A stretch of 59,581 nt of DNA, filler included, from Sphacelaria rigidula (GCA_964200075.2; 6 parts of 6 records of this genome joined end to end with filler, not necessarily neighbours in it), one strand, 5' to 3'. Shown: positions 36,359-48,824, counted from the whole stretch's first letter. Notes: a model not told the origin generated them from the sequence alone. Translations and numbers: made by a program.

Positions 36359-37816
36359 CTGCAGGGCCCGAGTATGAAGTAAGTGGCTTTAGAGTGGTTC
36401 TTGCATAGCAAAAAGAAAGACGAAACTTGTCAAGACTGCACGACACATGACGCAAGCATGAAGCTTCCGTAAAATGAAATTGGCTAAGTCGACAAGCAGT
36501 AATGTCATGTTCCAGACGCGTAGGCGAGACACACCTGACATATACCGATCGATACCAAGGACGTTCCGTTTTCAATCTAGGGTTTGGAGGACTCACGAAG
36601 CAAGTCGGGGGGAACGTATTTGCCGCAAGAGAAGTACAACACAGATTAGACCTTCGTAAAAGCGAACGTCACACCGAATTCCACCCACACGTAGGTGAGT
36701 AGGCCATATATGTTGGAAAAAAAAAAAGCGTCCTAACGGGATTACAGGTGTAGGGGGTGAGTGACAAATTTTCAGCAGCTCCGTGTATCTGCCAGAACTG
36801 GGAAACTGCCGAGATCTTTAGGGTACGAATATGTTCGTGGGGAATGAAGATGCTCAGAGAGGTTTCAAAACTGTCGAGTACCGGTATGAAAGCCTGACAA
36901 GATACAGAGCCTGCCGGGTGGGATATGGGAGGTCAACACAACTTATGGACCGTGTGTAGTGTATGAAGGTTGTACCAAAACGGCAGCCGTGTAATATTAC
37001 AACCGAGCCCAAGGTAAGAATAGTGGTTGTGTAGACGACATGGACACCTGTGGGGTACCGGTTTGAAAGACGAACAGAAATCATAGAACTATGGCTTTGA
37101 AAGCTTTACGCGAGCTACAGAACTGAGCAAGCAGTAGGGGTCTCGCGAAAGTCACAAAACCGTCCGGTACGGGTAGTGCTCTAGGTTTTCACACAACAAA
37201 AGGAGGATACCTGTGGCACCATCAACATCGATGACTTGCACCTTGCTACTTCATCTCCCCGATGGCGCGGATAAACCACCCCCACTCGAGCGTCTGGGTG
37301 TGATCCATCCTGACGGTCAGCTTTACTGCTCATGTCTCGCGTTGCCACACGACGATACCTTGTAAACCGTCGGTGTACAGAGTTTACAAGTTCGTCCTTG
37401 TGCGTGTGTGGTGATAGGTGAACGAGGGGGGTGGATAGGTGGGTGTTCGGTGGAGAGGTTTAGGCGGTCAGATTGTGTCGGGATTGAATTGAACAACTCC
37501 ATGCCTCTTCAAGAAGATATTAACCTCGTCTCAGATCTGCATCGAGTTCATTAGCGGCGGTATACCCCAACCCTTGATCAGAGGTAGAGCATGCGTACAG
37601 AACTTGCAACTGTCGGGTAGGGGTATGAAATGATTCACGGAGGTCGCAAAATTTGCCGGTTACCGGTACAAAAGTGTTGTGAGAAATGACGGACTTTGTC
37701 GAGTCGGGAATGAAGGCTGGGCACAAAAACAAACGCACATGCGGGTATTTTACGGAAGTGTACCAGTGAACTTCAGAAGCCAGAGGATAATACACGGAAC
37801 AATACACTAGGTGCAC

Positions 37817-38009
37817 TGTGATGCGTGAGAGCACCGCGTGCTTGAGGGACCGCATCGGAATTTGAACATCACTAGGGTTGGGGTTAGGGTTAGAGTCAGG
37901 GGCGTGGTCACGGCAGGGACTGGCCGGATTGGTTTGAGAAAAGCTCGATCCTGAGGTGTTCCTATCTACGATGCGGTCCCCCAAGCACGCGATCCTCTCA
38001 CGCATGACA
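37817..38009 (+). mobile_element. TGT...ACA MITE with internal TTAGGG repeats (diverged copy)
   Basis: ~38-bp imperfect TIRs tgtgatgcgtgagagcaccgcgtgc / gcacgcgatcctctcacgcatgaca; internal ctagggttggggttagggttagag. Confidence 0.85.
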
Positions 38010-38342
38010 GTACCAAAATTCGTATACTACAGACAGAATGGCTTCAATTCGGTCTCGCAAGACAGAGGACGGCTGAATGCACACAGCGTTCGAGACATTT
38101 TCCCTGGTGGGGCCTCCAAATCGACATCGCACGTGTCAGCGATGAAACCGTCCACCAATCCTACCGGGCCTGTACAGGACGAGTAGTCAAGAAATCGTTC
38201 CTCGATACGTGATCCGTACACAGGTTTAGTTAGACACGACTGGTGAAGTCGATCATAGGACACGGCCGAGCCGGTCATGTTCTTATAGAAGAGGCAGTTT
38301 TGTCCATCTACTCCCTCCTCCACACAACGACTGGTAATCTTC

Positions 38343-38655
38343 TTTCTGGCAGGTCAAGGTCCCCCACCCGGAATCGCAGTTTCATTTTTTCCGCCGCGTC
38401 CATGGGGCCATGCAAATATGTTTTCCATTCTATCCCCTCTCTTGAATCCCCCGTATATCCTCAGGTGTTTGTCCTCGTCAACTTCGCGTCTGAGCGTTCC
38501 TTCCCCCCTTATTTCGATCATGTTCATTACTCTTGTCTCGTACCCCGCGCCTTCACCCATGGACGGTATTTCATCTTGGTTCCCTCCTATCCCCTTCCAG
38601 ACTTTCTCGACTTCTCTATCCCACCCTTCAGCATGCCCTCTCTTGCTTTTCTGGC
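38343..38655 (-). mobile_element. Internal fragment of the contig-2 LINE family
   Basis: MGEGAGYETRVMNMIEIRGEGTLRREVDEDKHLRIYGG aligns with IGEGAGYKAKVRDMIEIRGKEALSCKIDDEEYLKIYGG at ~12065-12180. Confidence 0.88.
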
Positions 38656-39400
38656 CGTCATTTGTTCGAGTTTTCCTCGAGTATTATTCTTAATAAATAC
38701 TTGAAAATGCTAGCGCCGGTAAATTGACGGAAAAGCGTAGGCCGCGCTCGAAGTGCAGTGCCCAAGTCGGTGTTTTTGGGGCGATACGGACTAGATACCC
38801 CTGTTTATCAGGAGGGTGTTATTGAACGTTGTTGGTTCAATAAAAACACTTTTGGGCTCTTCCGCAACGAAACGGTGAATATTCAGATAAATGAACACGC
38901 ATACAATTCTTCACGATAACGATCGAGATTGTGTTCCCTTCCTATACTGCACAGACCTCAGCGAAGCATTTTCCACATATGGCCTTTCTTCGTTTTTTCC
39001 CGCATAGCATTTTCCGCAAATGGCCTCTCTTCGTTTTTTCTCGCATAACATTTTCCATGAGCACTCGAAGTGCTAGCGTCGATCGCCTCAACAAAGTAAG
39101 CAGACCGTGCTCAGATCAAAATGATTAGATTGTTGTTGTGGGGACGATACGGAGTGAAGACCCCGTTTATCAGGAGGGTCTTATTGACCGTGAATGGTCT
39201 AAGAACAGGTGAAATGAAATAAAATAATCATTTTTTCGTCTTCATTTATATAATCGGGATGGAGTCGGTCCACCGAAAATATCGAATAGCTAGCACATGG
39301 GGTTGCACGTTCGCAGGACCCCCGAAGATCGGTCAAGCCCGCACGTCACCCCATATATCGCTTATTCTTTTTCCTCCAATAGTTGTCATGAGGATAAAAA

Positions 39401-39691
39401 TAGGGCAAACGTCACAGTAGGGTATGCCATGGTGCATTAGCTACAAACCTGGGTACCCTCTTTGTTTGGAGGAGAAATAAGAGCAGCTGATTGGCCAACG
39501 ACCATTTTCACCCGGCGGCAGCGGTAAACGACCACGGTATACTCTGCTGTGACTACTTTTCTCCCAATTCTACCCTTGTTTCTGGAAATTGTACCCACAT
39601 GTGACGGGGAATCAGTCTCTTCCATCGGCCATCTTCGACGCAACGATCGCTTCCCGCCCCCAGCAAAGGGCCCCGACATACAGATCTCACC
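39401..39691 (+). mobile_element. Terminus of an interspersed repeat / DNA transposon extending off the contig
   Basis: Starts tAGGGCAAACGTCACAGTAGGGT; the first ~120 nt mirror 29845-29968. Confidence 0.65.
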
Positions 39692-39791
39692 NNNNNNNNN
39701 NNNNNNNNNNNNNNNNNNNNNNNNNNNNNNNNNNNTTAATTAATTAANNNNNNNNNNNNNNNNNNNNNNNNNNNNNNNNNNNNNNNNNNNN
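39692..39791. other. Artificial contig linker
   Basis: N44-TTAATTAATTAA-N44. Confidence 0.98.
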
Positions 39792-42061
39792 CCCCCCCTA
39801 CAAAATAAGTAGAAATGGCGGTTTCGGACAGCGCTGTAAGCTCACAGAGTCGGTAAAATGCGCTAAAGAAGTATCCACGCGATCGAGGGGCATTAGACCG
39901 ACGATAAAGTCATCGGGCACCATCGCTGAAAGTGGGGAGAAAGTACTGTTTTGGGCTCGAACCTCATGTAATTGATGAACCTCATTTCATAGAACTGCCT
40001 GTTAACGGCAGTGGTGGCAAGAGGGGCAAGCGATGTGTACATGGCTATTGTGGATGCAACGGTGCGTGCGGACCTCCCGATATGGGCCCGGATGACACAG
40101 CGGCCGCAGCGATCTCAACGGGACATGCACTGGGTGCTACTTCGGGGGTTGCGGGGCCCACAGACGGTGAGTGAAGCACCGCCCTTGCGCGCAAATTGTC
40201 ACACTTGAAGTAAGCCCCCAGCGAGTCGGCGGTGGTGACATGATAGACGTACCCAAGACATGACAAAACTCAAAACCGACCCTGACAGTCCTTTGAAGCA
40301 GAATAGAAGGATGACATAAGTATAAACAGACGGAATAATAAAATGTCGTGAATACCTGCGAGAGTGCCTTTGGTATACAGACCGTACAGAACACAACATT
40401 GGAAAACCGCACGGCAACAACAGGAGTCGCGCGCGCAAGTCATGCAAAGTCGCCGCAGATGAGAATGTTTACAAAATTCCCCGAAGTAGTGAATATTGCG
40501 TCTGAAATAAATCATATCGGGTGTTGACTATGTTGTTCGATGACCGAACCGTGCCCATTGGTGTGTATCTGTACCTGCTCTGCTGCCCTCAATCCCAGAG
40601 GCGTTTGCTTTTTTTTCATATTGTTTTAATTGTATCGCCCCTGCTCTTTACTTTCCTCTTCTCTTCCTTTTTTTCTGGTTTTAGGTCGGCCATTAACTTC
40701 TGTGCTTTGCTTTTCTTGACTTTGTTTTTATCGTCGATGCTTGATTGATTGATTGGTTGACTGATTCTCGCACTTGAATATTATTATTTTCTCACCAATC
40801 ACTCTAACATGTCGTTCTGGTCGACTTTTTATTTTATCTGTTCCTTCTTTTCTTCAGCGAGTGTTTCAGTCTTTTTTTCATTGGGTACGTCTATCATGAG
40901 ACCACGGCTGGATCCCTGGGGGGGCAGTCAAAGTGCGATAATCAATCAATGGTTCAAATAGAGCAACTTCATGCTGGAATATCACCGGAATTAAACACGC
41001 CACACCACCGTCGTGCGCGCTTGTTACAGGGAGTGGCGCAGGTATTCACGTCGGACAGGTCTAGAGATTTACCCGATGGCCATGGGACGAAGGGCGCCGC
41101 AGGATGGCAAGGCATGGCATTTAACGGGAGGGAGTGCGGCCGCAGGGACGGGGCAGATGAACTTATGCTGTAGTAACGCCGGTCACCCCGTGATTCTGCC
41201 GCGCAAATCCCAACGTCCGGACCCGGCGGCGAGTGTACTTGGCGGCCGTGGTGGATGTGCCATGGCCCGCCCGTCATGTGTGCTCCCAAGCTAATTGTTG
41301 GGTGATGAGGTGGTGGCAATTGCGACGACAACGACAATTTGTGTGGAAGTGTGGAAGCGCCCAAAGTTGCGGGCTGTGCGGTGCGACGGCATATATGCGG
41401 GGGCCGGGACGGGTAGAGGCGAGGGTTTTCATGTGGCGCGGTGCCGTGCAGGGGCGTCATTTGATTGTTCTGGCGGTGCTGCACGGCAACACTCATTTCA
41501 GGTTGTATTAGTCACCTAGCGGTGCGAAGCGTGAAATTACTTTGATGCGTCTTCACGTTACACGGCGGCTGGGATATCATCGCGAGGGACGGGGAGGCAC
41601 GCAAAACCTGTCGAGATTTGCGATATGTATGCTCGTGCGGTGTGCACGACTTGCTACGGCGAAGCGATCGCGCGCACCGACCACCCCCTATTTTTGTCTC
41701 CTTTGCGTTTTAGTTGTTTGGATACCACTTTCATTCGTTTTTTTCTGTTTTTGTATCGCGTCTGTGTGTTTTGTTTGTACCACGATTGGTTTTTTTAATC
41801 TCTCAAGCCCTATGTTTGGAATATTTGCCTAATATTACCACGGGAAGCGTCCGCGTAATATGCCAGGTACAAAGCGATGCGGTGATGTCGAACGGTTTAA
41901 ACTCTGTAGACAACAACTACAACGACTACGACGACAAGTTGGGCGCACGGATCGTGCTTTACAGACAATCCACATCCCAATGAGTGCACAAACACCCATC
42001 GAGATGCTGATCGCCACAAATATTGGGGTCATGATAACGTGAGAGGGCAAGGTTCCCCCCG

Positions 42062-42125
42062 GGAGCAATGCTACGGCAGGAGTGCACTTTTGACGCAAAA
42101 TCTTGTCTGGTTCAGGGGCCCCGAA
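42062..42125 (+). repeat. Short interspersed repeat shared with 9777-9845
   Basis: gagcaatgctacgg.agg.gtgcactttt..cgc.aaat.ttgtctggttcagg.gc.cc occurs in both contigs. Confidence 0.75.
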
Positions 42126-43145
42126 CGACTTTAGATGCACAATAGTGTGTGGATGAGGGCATCCTCGTTTGCAAGGTTATTCGGGATATTCTTCGTACTT
42201 TGAAATTACAAACCTGGCGCACTCTCACAAATTTCATTGGTCGTGTTTCGGATAAGATGAATGCAAAAAAACAAATTTTGACCCAGACAAAGAAAGTACG
42301 CCCCTACTGTAGTATCTCCCCAGGCCTTCGCAGCTGGTGCCTCGCGTACGTGCACTTGAGCTGTGATGAGGAGCGATCCCGAAATGGCCACGAAAATCCC
42401 GCGCGTACCTGGGCTGTAACTTATTCTATCACATGACGCCAAGGATATTAGAGGTCCCTTTATCTCAGCACCGCCGGAATGTGCGGTGAAAAGACTCGAG
42501 CGCCGTGTTTGCTTCAAATTACCTGTGACAGTCGATCGCGCTGCACGGTGTTGTCACCGTTCATCATCTCACGCGATAGGCTTCAATGTCTTACCCAAAC
42601 TCGAAGCGATACATGTCCGTCACAAATACTGTCATCGCGGAAGACCCACTCCACGGTGTGTTGCAGGGATGCACGAGGAGTACCGACAGACATTACTGCT
42701 GTCAGATATGTTTCTCTGTCCACGCTTCCTGTTTATACCCGCGGTATTCCGCGCTGCACCTCTGGCATTTGCTGTCGACAACTGTACTGCGTACAGTACG
42801 AAAAATGCGATCGCGATACAAACAACGTACCATACTGTATGCAGTACACCTGTTGCGACAGATGGCTACTGGGGTGGAGGAAATTGTATACTAGGATCAA
42901 ATGAAAATGACGTCAAGCCCGCGAAACGCCGACGGCGTGCCTGTCAGGGAAATGTCAATATCTTCACGTGGAATCAGCAAGACGCAGAATATCCGGTTGA
43001 TTGCGATATAAGAAAACTACAAGAACCCCCCCTGTCATTTTCAGGCCGCCGTGATGAGGTGAACGGTAAGTCTGGCACTGAAGGATGAGAGACGTTGCCT
43101 GCTGCCGGACGGAGCAGGTTTGCAGTGCTCCTCGGCTGAACATAC

Positions 43146-43356
43146 TGTAATCCGTGAGAGGACCGCTTGCTTAGAGGACCGCATCGGAATTTGAACATCC
43201 CTATGGTAAGGGTTAGGGTTAGGGTTAGTGTCAGGGTTATGGTCAGGGGTGTGGTACCTGCAGGGACTGGCCCGATTGGTTTTGAAAAACATCGATCCTG
43301 CGGTGTTTTGAACTACTGCGCGGTCCTCTACGCACGCGGTCCTCTCACGCATTACA
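43146..43356 (+). mobile_element. TGT...ACA MITE with internal TTAGGG repeats, 5-bp TSD CATAC
   Basis: TIRs tgtaatccgtgagaggaccgc / gcggtcctctcacgcattaca. CATAC at 43141-43145 and 43357-43361. Internal gtaagggttagggttagggttagtgtcagggtta. Confidence 0.93.
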
Positions 43357-43794
43357 CATACTCTCCTCTTTGGCCACTCTGCGCGGCCCCGCTTTGCTCG
43401 ACACGGCGCCTAAACCCCGACGGCATCTACCTCCAACATGTAGAGAACCTTCACTGTCGAGCAATTCTCGTCTTGGTGCCAGCCTCGACCGACAGGGGGC
43501 CGATGTAGACAACAAGGCTGGCAGGATATGCTCCTGGCTCCGTACGGATTTGATACCATTACCCTCTAGAACTGTCATTGGAGAGTGTTCTACTTTTCGG
43601 AACAGGTTCAGCATCGTCCAAAATCTTCGTTTCAGGTCACGCCGCGCTTAAAACGCATGGGATCGCCGCAACTGCCGCGTCGACACATAGCTTCGGCTTC
43701 AATCCACACACACATCAACTTTCAGCTCCGTCAGACGCCAGGTGTGCGGTGTTGGGGCGCCTATTTTCCAAAAATACCGCCTCCACATTATTGA

Positions 43795-45958
43795 AAAGGA
43801 GTAACACTGGTTACTGATTAAAGCACAGCCGAGGTTTTTGTCAGTTCTTTTTTACAATGATCTCTCTCGCGGCCCTGGTTTTTTGTTTNNNNNNNNNNCG
43901 GTGATGTGAAGGGCTGAGAGTTTTTGGCGTTTTGAAAAATGTGGTGTAACGTGTTACCCAGAGATTTTTCTTTATGGGCAAGTTTCTCATCTAGGTGCCT
44001 GTTTCCAGTATGAACGGTCCTACCTGATTTGATATAGAACTTGCGAGGGGTAATAAGAGGTGTGTCAGTAGTTATACCGTATTTGTATTTCACTTTCATT
44101 CTGTGAAAGAATTGCTGTACTGCAGTGTCCAAACATTGGGACGGACGGGTCGATGGTATAGCGCATGCTAAACCCTTGCTGAGAAGCGAAACCACTGCAG
44201 GCGGCAATGTCGGTACGTCTTCAATCACATGGGTGTTGGTGACCTTGACGTTCTCTTTCAAGAGTACAGGGAGGAGGGAACGAATCTGACGAATGATAAC
44301 ATGTGTCAGTGGCAGGTTGTTAATTTCCGTGTTCAGTTCACGGAATATTTTGTTCCTAAGCCTTCGGCGTCGAGCCTTACGTATCACAGTCAATCTCGTG
44401 CTTCTATCCTGCTTCCACTTCTTCACCTTAAGTATATGCTTGTACCCTGTGTTCCTATCTCTCAATCCTACAACGAGAATGGAAGAGAGCCCACGCCGAT
44501 AGATCCTCGTTACCTCTACCGGGGATTTTCAAAACCCTTACGGACTTTCTTCCGAGGGGCTGCGCTACCTGAGTCGGTAGTACGCTTGGAAACGTTGGCC
44601 TGTTTCTCCTGTGTGACGGAATTGGTACGTCCAGCAGTACTCCTACCCTGCGGGGGGGATCCTTAATCTGCTGTCTGTTTGGGCTTCGGTTTTACCTTTG
44701 CCTTTACTCAGCTGCTTACTGTTACTGGAACTGGATGTGCTGTAATGCGTGAGAGGGCCGCGTGCTTAGAGGACCGCGCCGTGGTTCAAAACACCTCAGG
44801 ATCGACGCTTTTCAAAACCAATCGGGCCAGTCCCTGCAGGTACCACGTCCCTGACCAAAACCCTAACACTAACCCTGACCCTAACCCTAACCAAAGGGGG
44901 GTTCAAATTCCGATGCGGTCCTCTAAGCACGCGGCCCTCCACGCATTAGAGTGCGACCGTTGTGTCCCTTTTGGGAAGGCGTCTTTGCCCTTGGGAGGTT
45001 TACCAGGGCGTGTTTTATGTTGTGCAACGTTCTGTGAGTTGTTTCCCGGGGCAGTTTTGGTCATACCTCTCTTCAGGTGGCCTACGCTCTCTGATAAGGT
45101 TACTAGGGAGGCATGCAGAGACTCCAGGGACAACTCGCTATCCGTAGCAGCTAAGGCCGCTTTGGCTCGTTTGTCAGCCTTTGCGGCTGCAGTTTTCTCC
45201 GTTCGGATGTGAAGATCGTCCTCTTTCAAGAGTTTCACATCTTTCAACGTGTTTTGGATTTCCGATACTTTCGGAGAAACTGCTGAGGGTGCCTCGACCG
45301 CCGAAGCGGCGGGTTGTGCAAGGGGTATGCTGTCTGAGACGGTCGTGTGTGGGAGGTTCAGACTACTAAGTAAACTTACACTTGAGCCTGAGTCTAAACT
45401 CGCATTTGCATCCTCGTCTACGTTCATTGCAGCTCCTCCACCTCCATTAGATTGCGGTGAATCTGTTGGGGGTTCGGAGGTAGATGCAATCGAACCGTCT
45501 ATTCCCAAGTACTGTTGTCGCCACTGCTCATAAACACTAGGGCATTTCGAGTCGAATACGCCAACAGCTGCATCTATACGACGTTGTATCTCTTGGGCTG
45601 GCAGCAACTTGCAAATCTCCTTTCTCACTAATGCGGCTTCTCTACCTAGGTCACCAATTGAGGTTTCCCTGAATTTCTTATTAGCTGCATCTACATCTGC
45701 AAGCATTTGTTCATAAGCTCTACCTCCATCAATATATGGTAACTCTGCTCTAACTCTACTTGCTGCGGGCTGAATCGTGAGACGTTTGGGGAAAGTCCCC
45801 GCCTGGTGAAAAGCCTGGAGGGATTTTTTCTGCTCCTCCAGCAAATGGTTGAGCAGCAGTAGGCCTTCGAACTACTTGCGGATGCTTTTTTTCTCGGCGA
45901 CGAAAAGGCTTGTGAGCCTGTTGTAAGCGAGACCCGGTTTTCGGTGAGTGGTATCCAT
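43795..45958 (-). mobile_element. Penelope-like element remnant: upstream ORF (~45958-44516, MITE-interrupted) plus N-terminus of the RT ORF (~44465-43795)
   Basis: ORF2 has LPPAVVSLLSKGL..IP, FFHRMKVKYKY, KFYIKS and, after a frameshift, EIIVK(R)TDKNLGCALI, matching the PLE N-terminal KGL and DK(G/N) motifs. The RT core is missing. ORF1 is helical and charged, then S/A/P-rich and basic. Confidence 0.68.
44741..44950 (-). mobile_element. TGT...ACA MITE with internal CCCTAA repeats, inserted in PLE ORF1
   Basis: TIRs tgtaatgcgtgagagggccgcgtgcttagaggaccgc / gcggtcctctaagcacgcggccctccacgcattaga. Flanked by GTGC on both sides. Internal accctaacactaaccctgaccctaaccctaacc. Confidence 0.92.
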
Positions 45959-46031
45959 CTTCTGCAGTCTGTAAAGCGTGCGGAAATTTGGTACGAAATG
46001 GTTCCGGGTTGATAACTATGAGAAAGGTGTA

Positions 46032-46121
46032 AAGGTGTGTGACCAGTGAAGGTTCCCTTTTTTCTGTACAGGATCGAAGGTGTGTGACCAGTGAAGGTTG
46101 ACTTTTTTCTGTACAGGATCG
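46032..46121. repeat. Two-copy ~45-bp tandem repeat
   Basis: aaggtgtgtgaccagtgaaggtt..cttttttctgtacaggatcg, twice. Confidence 0.9.
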
Positions 46122-48064
46122 AGTTTGACATGCAATGAAGCGCAAACTCTACCATTAAACACGTTTTGGCGAGTAATGGTCTACCGAACACTTGTGGTTT
46201 CCGGGCAGTGTACGTACGTGGGAGGCGCAAATACTTTTGTGGAGAGTGCTGGAACGAATATTTCGCAACCCCTCGGCCAGGCAGGATCCGTGTCTGGTGC
46301 ATGCCCTACTGCTGTGATGGCTGTAACAGCGCCGTCTGCATATTCGGCGGCGTGGTTTGAGTGGACCGCCGATTCTCAGCTGTCGATGGCAAGTACTGGA
46401 ACGCAGCCCTGGCGTCAGGTGACTCTTGATACCGACCAGAAATCTTCGACAGGTGTGGTGCCCGTCGATAGCAACGCAGAGTGTTCACGCGCAGATCATT
46501 CCTTGCCTGGTTCCGTAGCTTCGTTCGTGGCCCACGTTATTCTGGGCTCTGGGTCCGCGCTCACGTCGATTGGTGTGGGGTTGCTGGAACAAATGTCTTC
46601 GCAGTTCGACGGCGCTCAGCTGTAGCTTCCGTGCGAAAATGAACTGCAAACGGCGCAGACCGCCACGGGTACTCCCGTTACGATTACTCATATAACGGTG
46701 CCGATTGCTGTCAGCGTGCGTACGCTGTGGGGGGCTGTGAAGTTGCAGCCCATCATTTTCACCGTCATGCTCGGCAGGGATAACGTTGTTCAGTCTGGGA
46801 TGGCGACGATGAAAGAGCTCGGTATCGATTTGTATCCGCTGGCGTTGGATAAGTTACGCCCGCGTGCTGTGCCGGTGCAAACCGACGTGGGAAACCCAAG
46901 CTGTCTTGCTGCGAGGCGTGTAACCGTATCCATCCGGTCGTTCCAGAGAGCCAGTGAGGAAGAGGCTCCTGCGGATGCAGCGGTGGAGCGCTTGGTCGAT
47001 CAGGGGCCCGAAATGCTTGTGGATCCTGCGGAGAAGAGAGGTGCCAGAGAACGTGCGCTAGAGGGTAGAATGCAGCAGGCCGAACGGAAGGACCTGAGCG
47101 GCGATGGCGCATATCGTCCGTGATATATTCGCTTGTTCCGTGGATACCTGTCGTCGTGCGCTGCGTGGTGACCCGCCAGCGCCCGTGGAGCCAACGAGGG
47201 TGCAGCTAAAGCCACAGGTGAAAGCTGTGCTTGCCAAGCCTCGCTATCACGTGAAGACCGGGTGGCTTGCTTCATGCATTGCAGCTTTGATGGCGTTTGG
47301 TTCGTTGGTTAGGAACATCGAGGCTATGCTGACGAGTTCGGTGGTTCAGGTGCCGAAGCGGGACACATTCCGTTTGGTCAGCGACTACCAGGCGGTGAAC
47401 GCGCAAATGGAACAGTCTCCAGGGGTGATGCCGAGCCAAGAAGACATGCGGGAGTTGCTGGGAGCACGATGCTTCGGCGAGTTGTACCTGCTCCAGGGGT
47501 ATTGGCAGATATCCTCTGGTGCCGGAGGCTCAAGAGATCTACACGATCGTCACGCCTGACGGTTTGTTTACGCCTACTCGTGTCCCGCAGGGCGTGTTGA
47601 ACGCCACGGCGTATTTTCAAGGTGTACTGACTGACATTTTGCAAGGTCTAAACTGTAAAGTGTGGGTGGATGACGAATTCTATTTTGCTGAAACCGAAGA
47701 AGCATTACTAGCTTTGCTTGACGAAATTCTTCGCCGCTTGGAGAGTGTGGGTCTATTCGCCGCTGCGCATTAGTGCAACGTTTTTGCCCGCGAAGGGGTT
47801 TGGTGTGGGAAGGTGTACTCCAAGGTTGCTGTTTCGCATGGTCCCGTCCGCATCCAATGTTTGAGCAATATGCGGCGTCCTCACACCGCTAGTGAGCTGA
47901 TGCAGGTTCTGTAGGCGGTGAATTGGTTGAGGACTTCCCTCCCTCGCCTTGTGGAAGTAGTGGCGCCGCTTCGTGTGTTTTTGGAACAACGTATGGTAGG
48001 TGCTTCGCGTCGGACCAAGGGGGTGGCGCGTGATTGTATCATCCCGGAGGACGCTTGGATGGAG

Positions 48065-48275
48065 TGTAATGCGTGAGAGGACCGCGTGCTTAGAGGACCG
48101 CATCGGAGTTTAAACATCCCTATGATCAGGGTTAGGGTTAGGGTTGGAGTTGGGGTTAGGGTCAGGTGCGTGGTACCTGCAGGGACTGGCCCGATTGGTT
48201 TCGAAAAACGTCGATCCTGGGGTGTTTCGGACTACGGTGCGGTCCTCCAAGCACGCGGTCCTCTCACGCATTACA
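48065..48275 (+). mobile_element. TGT...ACA MITE with internal TTAGGG repeats, 5-bp TSD TGGAG
   Basis: Near-perfect ~38-bp TIRs. TGGAG at 48060-48064 and 48276-48280. Removing it restores the Gypsy frame (DAWME-DRVRAW). Confidence 0.95.
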
Positions 48276-48467
48276 TGGAGGATCGTGTGCGGGCATGGCG
48301 TGCTGCGCAAGATTTGGTGGCGCAACCGCTGCCGCTTTATCATCCTCGTCCAGGGTGCGTTGTTCTGATGTTTCCAGATGCTTCGGATTCCCGCTGGGGT
48401 AGTGTTTTAACGCAAGTGCCTGTCGCCGAGTTTGGTAGTGACATTGCGCTCGAAAACATGTCACACC

Positions 48468-48678
48468 TGTAATGCGTGAGAGGACCGGGTGCATAGAGAA
48501 CCGCGCAATAGTTCAAAACACCTCAGGATCGACGTTTTTCAAAACGAATTGGGTCAGTCCCTGGAGGTACCACGCCCCTGACCATAACCCCAACACCAAC
48601 CCTAACCCCAACCACAACCACAGCGATATTCAAATTCCGATGCGGTCTTCTGAGCACGCGGTCCTCTCACGCATTACA
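48468..48678 (-). mobile_element. TGT...ACA MITE with degenerate CCCTAA repeats, TSD ACACC/ACACT
   Basis: TIRs tgtaatgcgtgagaggaccg / cggtcctctcacgcattaca; inserted in the Gypsy RNase H. Confidence 0.92.
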
Positions 48679-48743
48679 ACACTGACCGTTGGCTTTTCTG
48701 AGTAGTAGCTTCAAGGGTCCACAGTAAGTGTTGGGGGTTGATT

Positions 48744-48824
48744 GAAATGTACCTGCTGGAAGTTAATCGAAATGGACCTGCTGGAAGTTAATCGAAAGGA
48801 ACCTGCTAGAAGTTAATTCAAATG
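48744..48824. repeat. 25-bp minisatellite, 3 copies
   Basis: gaaatg.acctgct.gaagttaatc, three times. Confidence 0.9.

Larger units (their letters stand above)
46170..48735 (+). mobile_element. Ty3/Gypsy LTR-retrotransposon pol remnant (protease region, RT, start of RNase H), pseudogenised
   Basis: VPKRDTFRLVSDYQAVN, QGYWQ, PTRVPQGVLNATAYFQ, VWVDD and MFPDASDSRWGSVLTQ, in RT-then-RNase H order. Stops, frameshifts and two MITE insertions. No LTR or integrase seen. Confidence 0.92.

Noticed and set aside
29845-39524. ~120-bp inverted repeats at both ends of contig 4, suggesting one 9.7-kb TIR transposon
   Set aside because: The sharp homology boundary faces inward and the similarity runs out to the contig edge. 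These are more likely two separate copies of a repeat at which the assembly broke. No transposase lies between them.
39792-43140. Candidate exons (donor at ~40166; 21-nt AG..GT segment at 43045-43065) and ORFs up to 200 aa
   Set aside because: No recognisable protein motif, and no consistent multi-exon frame could be built.
43200-48620. TTAGGG tracts as a real telomere
   Set aside because: They are short, degenerate, in both orientations and always inside the MITE.
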